NCBI GenBank assembly: GCA_028711825.1
Contig: JAQTRM010000002.1
Span: 1 to 41,626 of the forward strand
DNA from: Candidatus Omnitrophota bacterium
GTDB lineage: Bacteria; Omnitrophota; Gorgyraeia; Gygaellales; Profunditerraquicolaceae
DNA length: 41,626 nucleotides
Direction: 5' to 3'
In this document: positions 16,363 to 23,896 of the stretch, in pieces
How the letters are laid out: each line of letters starts with the position of its first letter
Numbering within the stretch: position 1 is the first letter of the stretch
Notes under the pieces: generated by a model
What the model was told of the DNA's origin: nothing
Databases searched by the model: none
The model's input: the letters and a program-made list of their open reading frames with translations, nothing else
Program-made: the position numbers and the translations under genes

Positions 16363-17919
16363 TTAATGCTTAAAATGCCGGATGCCGGTAGTTACCATGG
16401 CAATCTTATATTTATCGCAGGCGGCGATAATTTCCTGGTCTGCGATCGAACCCCCGGGCTGGATGATCGCTTTTACTCCCGCCTTATGCGCCCAGGAGAT
16501 CGCGTCAGGTTTCGGAAAAAAAGCGTCGGAGGCTAAACAAGAGGGGCGGCCGCCTAAAAAAGACTTCCTTTTGGCGATAATCACCGAATCCACGCGCGAC
16601 ATCTGCCCTGCCCCGATGCCGGCGGTAGAAGTGCCTGTCGATAAAACTATGGCGTTGGATTTTACGTGTTTGGCTACCTTCCAGGCGAAAAGCAGGCTTT
16701 TCATCTGCGCGGAGGTAGGCTTCTTCCTGGTCACCACCTTAAGAAGGCTTTCGTCAACGGTAAGCGCATCCGCGCTTTCCAGAAGTATACCCCCGCCGAC
16801 GCTTTTTATCTGCGGACCCGCGGGAACCGACCAATCGCTTAACTCCACAAGGCGTAAATTTTTTCTCCCTTTAAAAAGCTCTTGCGCCTGCGGGTCAAAA
16901 GCGGGCGCGATGATACACTCAAGGAATCCGCTTTTAGCGATAGCCTTGCCGGTTTTTAAATCCATCTTGCGGTTCAACGCCACGATCCCGCCGAAAGCCG
17001 AAAGTTTATCCGTTTTCCAGGCGTTTAAATACGCCTTGCTAAGTTCTTTATCTTCGGCGGCACCGCAGGGATTATTATGTTTGACGATCACCGCGGCGGG
17101 ATCTTTAAATTCCCGCGCCAATTCCAGGGCGGCGTTTAAATCAAGGATATTATTAAAGGAAAGTTCTTTACCCTGCAGCTGCTTGAAATTCACCAGGCCC
17201 GCGGACATGTTATTTTCTTTATAAAAAGAGGCTTTCTGGTGAGGATTCTCCCCATAACGTAAATCCTGGATTTTTTCAAAAGACAAGGTTAGCCCGGCGG
17301 GAAAATCTTCCCGCGGCAAACCGGTTTTAAAATATCCGCTCAAAAAATCAAAAATTGCCGCATCATACCTGCCGGTATGCCCGAAGACCTCCACCCCCAA
17401 ACGGCACATTAAATCCTCATCCAGGGAGCCCCCATTTTTCTTTAATTGCGCAATAACCTCCGGGTAACGCGCGGGGTTACAAACTACCGCCACGGACCGA
17501 AAATTCTTTGCCGCCGAACGCAGCATCGCCGGACCGCCGATATCGATATTTTCGATAATCTCGGAAATGCCCGCCGATTTATTTTTAGCGGTTTTTTCAA
17601 AAGGATAAAGATTAACCACTACCATATCGATCAACCCAATGCCGTATTCGGAAACTTTGCGTAAATGCTCCGGGTTATCGCGCAAGGCAAGCAGGCCGGC
17701 GTGGATCTTAGGATGCAAGGTCTTCACTCTGCCATCCAGCATCTCAGGGAATCCGGTATATTCCGAGACCTCGGTTACCGTGATATTATTCTCCCGCAGG
17801 AGCCTGGCGGTGCCGCCGGTAGATACTATTTCCACGCCCAGCTTTACAAGTTCCCCGGCGAAATCCACGATCCCGGTTTTGTCCGAAAGACTGATCAATG
17901 CTCTCTTGATCTTAATCAT
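16363..17919 (-). CDS. purH: Bifunctional AICAR transformylase / IMP cyclohydrolase
   Basis: 518 aa. ALISLSDKTG, STGGTA, DGRVKTLHPKIHAG, VVVNLYPF, ENIDIGGPAMLRSAAKN and C-terminal TGIRHFKH. Confidence 0.95.
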   Translation of the reverse strand: MIKIKRALISLSDKTGIVDFAGELVKLGVEIVSTGGTARLLRENNITVTEVSEYTGFPEMLDGRVKTLHPKIHAGLLALRDNPEHLRKVSEYGIGLIDMVVVNLYPFEKTAKNKSAGISEIIENIDIGGPAMLRSAAKNFRSVAVVCNPARYPEVIAQLKKNGGSLDEDLMCRLGVEVFGHTGRYDAAIFDFLSGYFKTGLPREDFPAGLTLSFEKIQDLRYGENPHQKASFYKENNMSAGLVNFKQLQGKELSFNNILDLNAALELAREFKDPAAVIVKHNNPCGAAEDKELSKAYLNAWKTDKLSAFGGIVALNRKMDLKTGKAIAKSGFLECIIAPAFDPQAQELFKGRKNLRLVELSDWSVPAGPQIKSVGGGILLESADALTVDESLLKVVTRKKPTSAQMKSLLFAWKVAKHVKSNAIVLSTGTSTAGIGAGQMSRVDSVIIAKRKSFLGGRPSCLASDAFFPKPDAISWAHKAGVKAIIQPGGSIADQEIIAACDKYKIAMVTTGIRHFKH

Positions 17920-17940
17920 TATCCCCTCTTTTTACCGAAA

Positions 17941-18642
17941 TTATTTATTAAAACGAAAATTCACCAGATCCGCGTCCTGCATCTGGTAATCCTTCATCTC
18001 CAGGCGCATCTTACCCGCCTGTTTGGCCTGGGTTTCCCCTCCGCAAGCGATGAAATCGGCAAACCCGATTATCTCGGCGCGAATGAACCCCTTCTGAATA
18101 TCAGAATGGATCGTCCCGGAAGCTTCCCAGGCAGTAGTGCCTTTTTTAACCAGCCAGGCGCGGTTTTCCTTATCCCCTACGGTTAAAAAACAGATAAAAC
18201 CGCTTTGCGCCAAAGCCCTCGACAGAAAATTATCTATATCCGCCAGATCTTCCGGGCTCGCTTCTACCACCGGCTTCAAGGTAAAAAACCCGTACCCGGA
18301 AACAATTTCTTTTTCCGCGGCGCTTAAATCAAGGGTAGAAAGAAACTGCTCTTTTTCCAAAGCCCCCTTCATTTTGTTTAAAAGAACCTGCTCATTCTCC
18401 TCCGGGCCCTTGGAAAGACGGGTCTCCACGAAATCAAGGTCTTTAAGGATAAGATCCGCGCGGGCATCTCCGGGGATAATGATCATGTCGGCTTCCAACG
18501 CCCCCTCCGGGCCCGCCAACTCCGCCTGAGGATAGGTTTTTTTCTTGGCCTTAACCAGCTTGTCCGCCTGATCCAAACGGGAATCTTTAATATTATGCTT
18601 ACCCAAAACAATGCCTTCGGCCGCAAATACGCTTATTTTCAT
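17941..18642 (-). CDS. YchF-like protein lacking the P-loop G-domain N-terminus (coiled-coil insert plus TGS-like DUF933 C-terminal domain only)
   Basis: 233 aa versus about 363 aa for canonical YchF. It retains LDLSAAEKEIVSGYGFFTLKPVV and ENRAWLVKKGTTAWEASGTIHSDIQKGFIRAEIIGFADF...AGKMRLEMKDYQMQDADLVNFRFN. No GxxxxGKS/T and no DxxG anywhere. An in-frame TGA (18648..18646) lies two codons upstream of the ATG. Confidence 0.75.
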   Translation of the reverse strand: MKISVFAAEGIVLGKHNIKDSRLDQADKLVKAKKKTYPQAELAGPEGALEADMIIIPGDARADLILKDLDFVETRLSKGPEENEQVLLNKMKGALEKEQFLSTLDLSAAEKEIVSGYGFFTLKPVVEASPEDLADIDNFLSRALAQSGFICFLTVGDKENRAWLVKKGTTAWEASGTIHSDIQKGFIRAEIIGFADFIACGGETQAKQAGKMRLEMKDYQMQDADLVNFRFNK

Positions 18643-18803
18643 AGATCATAAAAGCCTAAAAGGCTTTCCTCTTAAATAGTTTATCAAATTATTGACCGGC
18701 GTAACCCGCCGATCCGGGGTTAAATTCCGGGGGCTTAAGCCGGAATCATGATAACATCCTGATTCCGGCCGGTAAAATTAGTCCTCATCCGCAGGATATA
18801 AAA

Positions 18804-19991
18804 TTATTCCAGGTAGGTATAAATCTTCCCCTTGTAATTGCGTAAAACGTATTTGCCTTTTGCTTGCGAAAGAATATAATTCGGGCCTACGGGAATCTTG
18901 CCTCCCCCTCCCGGGCCGTCGATAACATAAGTAGGGACGGCGTACCCGGAAGTGTGGCCGCGGAGCTTTTCGATAATATTAATACCTGTAGCCACCGGGG
19001 TGCGGAAATGCTGAGTCCCCCTCACCGGATCGCACTGGTAAATATAATAGGGTCTTACCCTGATCTGCAAAAGATCATGCACCAGTCGTTTCATAATGAA
19101 CGGACGGTCATTGATCCCTTTAAGCAGGACAGTCTGGCTGCCCAAAGGAATACCGCTTTCGGCAAGCATATCGCAGGCGTTCTTGCAGCGCCGGGTAATC
19201 TCTTTAGGGTGATTAAAATGCATACTCATCCAGATCGGCGAGTATTTTTTAAGCATCTGGGTCAATTTTTCGGTAATACGCTGCGGCAAGGTCACCGGGA
19301 TGCGGGTGCCGATCCTTAAAAACTCCACATGCGATATGGAGCGGATCTTGGAAATCAAAGATTCCAGGGCTTCGTCCTCCAAAGTCAAAGGGTCGCCTCC
19401 GGAAATCAAAACATCACGGATCTTACGGTTGGATTTAATATACTCTATCGCCGCATCGAACTTGGTGTCAAAATCCGCTTCTTTCTCTTCATGGTCGCCT
19501 ACCAGGCGGCGGCGGGTGCAATGCCGGCAATACATTGCGCAATGGTCCGTAGCCAGCAGCAAAACCCGGTCCGGATAACGGTGTACCAGATGCGGCGCGG
19601 GAGAATCGCGATCCTCGGCGCAGGGATCCGCCATCTCATGGGGCGAAACGGAAAATTCATCCCCCACCGGAACGGACTGCCTCCGGATCGGACAATTCGG
19701 ATCTTCGGCATCGATCTGGCTTGCCCAATAAGGGGTAATCGCCATCGACAACCTTCCCTTTGCCTTATCAATCCCCTTTTCCTCTTCGGGGGTAAGCTTA
19801 ATAATCTGGGCCAGCTCTTCCTTGGTATGGATACGATGTTTAAGCTGCCAATGCCAATCCTCCCAATCCAGGGGATTGACATCTTTATAAAGCGCGATTT
19901 GCTGGTAATCCCGGGAACGCTTGGGAGCCCGGTAAACTGCGGGCGTTTCAATCGCTGCCTTCTGATTCTCTAAGCTTACGGGATTATTCAA
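18804..19991 (-). CDS. kamA: Lysine 2,3-aminomutase (KamA family radical SAM / PLP enzyme)
   Basis: 395 aa. WEDWHWQLKHRI; SMAITPYW; radical-SAM cluster CAMYCRHCTRR; ISGGDPL; RPYYIYQCDPVRGTQHFRTP; RGHTSGYAVPTYVIDGPGGGGKIPV. The apparent start is TTG at 19991..19989, overlapping the upstream TGA (TTGA), and is preceded by the purine-rich ggaaaggaaaagg. Confidence 0.9.
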   Translation of the reverse strand: MNNPVSLENQKAAIETPAVYRAPKRSRDYQQIALYKDVNPLDWEDWHWQLKHRIHTKEELAQIIKLTPEEEKGIDKAKGRLSMAITPYWASQIDAEDPNCPIRRQSVPVGDEFSVSPHEMADPCAEDRDSPAPHLVHRYPDRVLLLATDHCAMYCRHCTRRRLVGDHEEKEADFDTKFDAAIEYIKSNRKIRDVLISGGDPLTLEDEALESLISKIRSISHVEFLRIGTRIPVTLPQRITEKLTQMLKKYSPIWMSMHFNHPKEITRRCKNACDMLAESGIPLGSQTVLLKGINDRPFIMKRLVHDLLQIRVRPYYIYQCDPVRGTQHFRTPVATGINIIEKLRGHTSGYAVPTYVIDGPGGGGKIPVGPNYILSQAKGKYVLRNYKGKIYTYLE

Positions 19992-20989
19992 TTCAGCCTT
20001 TTCCTTTCCGAGGCGCTTAAGAGTATCGCCTCAATAAGATCTTCGTATTTCATCCCGGCGGCATAAGCCATAAGAGGAAAATTCGACTCTTTAGGGTCCA
20101 GTCCGGGCAGAGGGTTGATCTCCAGAACATAAGGCACGTTGAATTTATTTAAACGGATATCGGTGCGCGAAATATCCAGGCATCCTACCGCCCGGTGGGT
20201 GCGTAAAGCGACATCCTTAACTTTCTCTTCGGTCTCCTTGTCCAGGCGGGCCGGACAATGGAATTCCGGGACTAAACCCAGCTCGCGGTTACCCTGGAAT
20301 TCCTTCATCTTCCAGGAATAAAAATACTCTCCGCTTTGCTTGCAGTTTGAAAAATCAATCTCCAGGATCGGCAGCACCCGGGTTTTTCCATTCTCCAGAA
20401 TCCCCACTGTCAGCTCTTTCCCTTCGATAAATTCCTCAACCAGCGCTTCCTGCTGGTAAAGATCAATACATTTCTTAACCCGGAGCTTAAGATCTTCCGG
20501 ATTATCCACCACATTCGTTTTATTGATCCCTTTTGCCGAACCCTCGCAATTAGGCTTAACGATCAAAGGGAATTTTAAACCGGGATCCAGGATTTCATTC
20601 CCTTTAACAAAAAGCTGGAAATTGGGAGTAGGGATATTCTCGGCCTTAAGGATTTTTTTTGTCAGGGTTTTATTCAACGCCAGCGCCAGAGAGAACATGT
20701 TGGAACCGGTATGCGGGATATTCAAATAATCCAATAACGCCGGAACCTCGCTTTCCCGGAAACGGCCGTGTTTCCCTTCGGCGATATTAAACACCATATC
20801 CACACGGTTCTGGCGGAAGTATGAAAACAACGCGGGATATTCCAGGTCAATCGCTTCCACCGAATGCCCTTTGGTTCTTAAGGCCGCGGCTACGGAATTA
20901 ATTGTTTCTTCGGAATCGCACTCTGAAAAATAATCTGCCGGTTTCAAAGGATCCTTTTTCTTTAAATTATATGTCAGGGCTACTCGCAT
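19988..20989 (-). CDS. ATP-grasp ligase, D-Ala-D-Ala ligase-like family (paralogue 2)
   Basis: 333 aa. FPLIVKPNCEGSAKGI (phosphate-binding loop), ALVEEFIEGKELTVGIL, and C-terminal Mg/ATP site DISRTDIRLNKFNVPYVLEINPLPGL. It lacks the canonical Ddl N-terminal GGxSxE motif. Confidence 0.8.
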   Translation of the reverse strand: MRVALTYNLKKKDPLKPADYFSECDSEETINSVAAALRTKGHSVEAIDLEYPALFSYFRQNRVDMVFNIAEGKHGRFRESEVPALLDYLNIPHTGSNMFSLALALNKTLTKKILKAENIPTPNFQLFVKGNEILDPGLKFPLIVKPNCEGSAKGINKTNVVDNPEDLKLRVKKCIDLYQQEALVEEFIEGKELTVGILENGKTRVLPILEIDFSNCKQSGEYFYSWKMKEFQGNRELGLVPEFHCPARLDKETEEKVKDVALRTHRAVGCLDISRTDIRLNKFNVPYVLEINPLPGLDPKESNFPLMAYAAGMKYEDLIEAILLSASERKRLN

Positions 20990-21982
20990 CTAACCCAATC
21001 CGTTTCTGAGCATCGCGCTGTTTAAAATCTTACCTACCATCTGCTCATAGGTAATGCCGATGTTTTTAGCTAAAAGCATAAAAACGTCTTCCGTAGACAA
21101 GGAGGGCAGCGGATTTATCTCTAAAACATACGGGTTCCCGTCCTGGTCCACCCGGAAATCCACCCGGCCGAAATCACGGCACTCCACGGCGCGGTAAACC
21201 TTGAGTGAAAGATCGTTGAGCTTTTTTTTCAGCTCGCTGTTAATTTTTGCCGGACAGATATATTCCAGGCGGTCGGAGGTAATCCTGGCAAAGGTATAAA
21301 ATTTATCGTTCAATTTAAGACGCCCGTCTATTTTTATCTGTACCACCGGCATCACTTCGGGGTTTTCGTTGCCGACGATCGCTACGGTAAACTCCTGGCC
21401 GGAGATAAACTCTTCCACTAAAGCAGGCTGCTTATAGGCCTTGGTAATAAAATCTACCTGCTTTTTCAGGCCGTCGATATTCTCGACGCGGGAACTCTCG
21501 CTGAGCCCCTTCGACGATCCCTCAAAACGCGGTTTAACGATCAGGGGAAAATTATATTTGGCCTGCTCGCCCAGCCCTTCGACGGAACTAACCTCAAAAA
21601 ATTTAGGAGTGGGAATGCCTTCGGCGATAAAGATCTTCTTGGCGATCACTTTATCCAGGGTAAGCCCCAAGGTCAAAGCGTCTGCCCCCACAAAGGGAAT
21701 CCCCGCCATCTCCAGCAAAACCGGAACCTGGGATTCACGGTTCCTGCCGCTTAAACCTTCGGAGATGTTAAAAACGATATCCACCCCCAGAGAATCGATT
21801 TTTTCCAGCAGGTTGGCGGCGTTACCGATCCTTTTCACCTCAAAACCGTTGGCGGCGATGGCGTCGGCGATTACATCCACCGTAGACAAAGCGTCGAATT
21901 CCGCGTTGGCGTCCTCCGGATCGCCCTCTTTAAACTGATAATCCGATTTTAAATCGTATGTCAATCCTACGGTTTTTACCAT
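20990..21982 (-). CDS. ATP-grasp ligase, D-Ala-D-Ala ligase-like family (paralogue 1)
   Basis: 330 aa. FPLIVKPRFEGSSKGL, ALVEEFISGQEFTVAIV, DFGRVDFRVDQDGNPYVLEINPLPSL. It is colinear with paralogue 2 over the full length. Its stop TAG directly abuts the next ATG. Confidence 0.8.
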   Translation of the reverse strand: MVKTVGLTYDLKSDYQFKEGDPEDANAEFDALSTVDVIADAIAANGFEVKRIGNAANLLEKIDSLGVDIVFNISEGLSGRNRESQVPVLLEMAGIPFVGADALTLGLTLDKVIAKKIFIAEGIPTPKFFEVSSVEGLGEQAKYNFPLIVKPRFEGSSKGLSESSRVENIDGLKKQVDFITKAYKQPALVEEFISGQEFTVAIVGNENPEVMPVVQIKIDGRLKLNDKFYTFARITSDRLEYICPAKINSELKKKLNDLSLKVYRAVECRDFGRVDFRVDQDGNPYVLEINPLPSLSTEDVFMLLAKNIGITYEQMVGKILNSAMLRNGLG

Positions 21983-22020
21983 GAAATATGCCGCTTCCCC
22001 TCTTAAAATATGCCGCTATT

Positions 22021-22065
22021 AAAAAAATAAGGGCCCACTTCCAAATGATTTGTTATGAGCCCTTA
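22021..22065 (-). terminator. Terminator/attenuator-like hairpin with U7 tract in the leader of the ATP-grasp/kamA operon
   Basis: On the minus strand, a 7-bp stem UAAGGGC (22065-22059) / GCCCUUA (22034-22028) encloses a 24-nt loop and is followed by seven U (plus-strand A-run 22021-22027). It lies about 40 nt upstream of the ATP-grasp 1 ATG. Confidence 0.4.
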
Positions 22066-22139
22066 AGAATTATCTGATTGTTTCCAACTTAGTTTTAAGC
22101 CTCCCTTAAACCTACGCAAAATATAGTAATATTGTTATT

Positions 22140-22168
22140 TTTTTACCACAAGATATTGACATTGTCAA
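22140..22168 (-). promoter_or_regulatory. Candidate sigma70-type promoter embedded in a 13-bp palindrome
   Basis: The minus strand reads TTGACA-17 nt-TAAAAA, with a TGn extended -10 (tggTAAAAA). The -35 is part of the palindrome ttgacaTtgtcaa (22156-22168). Confidence 0.3.
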
Positions 22169-22258
22169 GTCTTTTTTGCCCAAAAACGCGCGGGGCTATT
22201 TTAGTTTTTCCCGACGGAAAATAAAATTTTTATAAAAAACCCGCGGCATTTCCGGAAG

Positions 22259-22906
22259 CTATAAAAGCCCGTTGTTTTCCGGCAGGGAAACCGTTATTCC
22301 GCATTCCGCAAGATCGCGCAGAAAAGACTTAAAATCCGTGAAAACACTCCCTTTGAAACCCAGAGTTTTGGCGCTTTGGACAAGCTCAGGACGATCGTCG
22401 ACATAGAATATCTCATGCGGGGCCACCGCCAACTGCTGGACCACTGTTTCATATATCTTTTTATCCGGTTTGATCGTCCCCATCTTAAAAGAAAGAAAAA
22501 CTTCATCAAAAATCCCGAAAACCGGAAAATTTTTATTCAAATATTCATAATGCAGGATGTTGATATTGGAAAGCATCGCCAACTTGTAGCGCGAACGTAA
22601 AGAGTTTGCCGCCCCGAAAACCGCGCGATTCTTGGCACTCAAAAAGAAAATATCATTCCAGATCGGCTCAAAAGAAGAGTAGCTTAACTCCATTCCCAGC
22701 ATACGCTTAACCTCCAGGTAAAAATCCTGGGGGGAAATCTTACCGGCTTCGAACGCAAGAGTCGCAGGAGATTCGAAAAAAAGATCGTAAACCTGGCGCG
22801 GGGTTTTCCCGCAAAAACCCGCGATCCGCTCCGCGGCCCTTAAATGATCGAAATCCACCAGAACCCTGCCCAAATCAAAAAGAATAACCTTGATCTCCTG
22901 AGACAT
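22259..22906 (-). CDS. HAD superfamily hydrolase (subfamily IA-like)
   Basis: 215 aa. Motif I ILFDLGRVLVDF; motif II MLSNIN; motif IV FYVDDRPE. Confidence 0.8.
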   Translation of the reverse strand: MSQEIKVILFDLGRVLVDFDHLRAAERIAGFCGKTPRQVYDLFFESPATLAFEAGKISPQDFYLEVKRMLGMELSYSSFEPIWNDIFFLSAKNRAVFGAANSLRSRYKLAMLSNINILHYEYLNKNFPVFGIFDEVFLSFKMGTIKPDKKIYETVVQQLAVAPHEIFYVDDRPELVQSAKTLGFKGSVFTDFKSFLRDLAECGITVSLPENNGLL

Positions 22907-22909
22907 CGG

Positions 22910-23896
22910 CTAGTTTCCTTTATCTTTATTCTTCCGGAAAAGATCCAGGAATTTATCTTCATACTCTTTATAGACATTCCATTTGTCCAGTTCGACCTTT
23001 AGTTCCTTGGCCCGGCTGATATCACGGCGGCTTTCCTCAAAAAGTTTCTCAATCTTATCTTTGACCGAAACAGGCAGATTAGTAAGCTGACTCAGTGTTT
23101 TTTTAATCAGCTCCACCTCCTCTTCCCCGATCGGCCCGGATACCCCGGAATTTCCAAGCTTAAGATATTCCAGCAATTTATTAATTTCGGTTTCCAGCGC
23201 CTGCGCCTGGTCTTTAAGCGGCTGCAGATTTATCTGAAGGTTCATTATTTTTCCTAATGCCGCCAACACCGCCGCGGAAGCTTTGGGATTCTCGATCTGG
23301 ATGGTATAAAGAGGGATCTCACCTAAAAGACAAAACCCCTTAAGGCCGGCCTTTTTGGCGATTCCCAGAAAAAGTCCGTTCATCCCGCTGATCTGCCCGT
23401 CCGCCAAGGCCGCGAAATTATATTTCTTCAAAGACTCTTTGGTCTTCTGGTCGGTAGCGGCAAACCAAACGCCGGGTTCCTGAGTATGATCGGTAGCCTG
23501 GGGCATCGAAGCAAAGCTTGCCACGGAATCCACTTTGAGGTCCTTAGCCAGGGCAAGGATACTTTTTGCGTAAACATCGGCTTTTGAAAGATCCGGTTGG
23601 GCGTTGCTTAAAAAGATAACCAGATCGCTGCGTGAAACCGACCCTTTCAAAGAAGGATTTTTCCAATAATAAAATTTTCCCTGCGGCAGGCGCGGAACTT
23701 CCAGTATCCCCGAAGAAATAACGCTCCCGGTAAGATAAAAAAATTCATCCGGCATAATCCGCGCGAATTCCTTGGCATTAAGTTCCTGGATAAGATATTC
23801 GGCGGCCTTGAACGCCACTTCCCCCATCCCCGGCCAGGCGACAATAAGGCAGGGTTTTTTCAAACGCGGTTTCCGGGTAATGATCAAATTATTCAT
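22910..23896 (-). CDS. PAC2 (proteasome assembly chaperone 2-like) family protein with C-terminal coiled-coil extension
   Basis: 328 aa. CLIVAWPGMGEVAFKAAEYL and the GQISGMNGLFLG pattern are as I recall for the PAC2/COG1938 family. The last ~90 aa are K/E/L-rich coiled coil. Confidence 0.6.
   Translation of the reverse strand: MNNLIITRKPRLKKPCLIVAWPGMGEVAFKAAEYLIQELNAKEFARIMPDEFFYLTGSVISSGILEVPRLPQGKFYYWKNPSLKGSVSRSDLVIFLSNAQPDLSKADVYAKSILALAKDLKVDSVASFASMPQATDHTQEPGVWFAATDQKTKESLKKYNFAALADGQISGMNGLFLGIAKKAGLKGFCLLGEIPLYTIQIENPKASAAVLAALGKIMNLQINLQPLKDQAQALETEINKLLEYLKLGNSGVSGPIGEEEVELIKKTLSQLTNLPVSVKDKIEKLFEESRRDISRAKELKVELDKWNVYKEYEDKFLDLFRKNKDKGN

Noticed and set aside
18804-19991. KamA homologue as EpmB (EF-P beta-lysylation).
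   Set aside because: The sequence carries the KamA-type motifs (YIYQCD...HFRTP, DGPGGGGK) rather than the EpmB-type ones, and is about 50 aa longer than EpmB. No epmA or efp lies nearby. The call still needs phylogeny to be certain.
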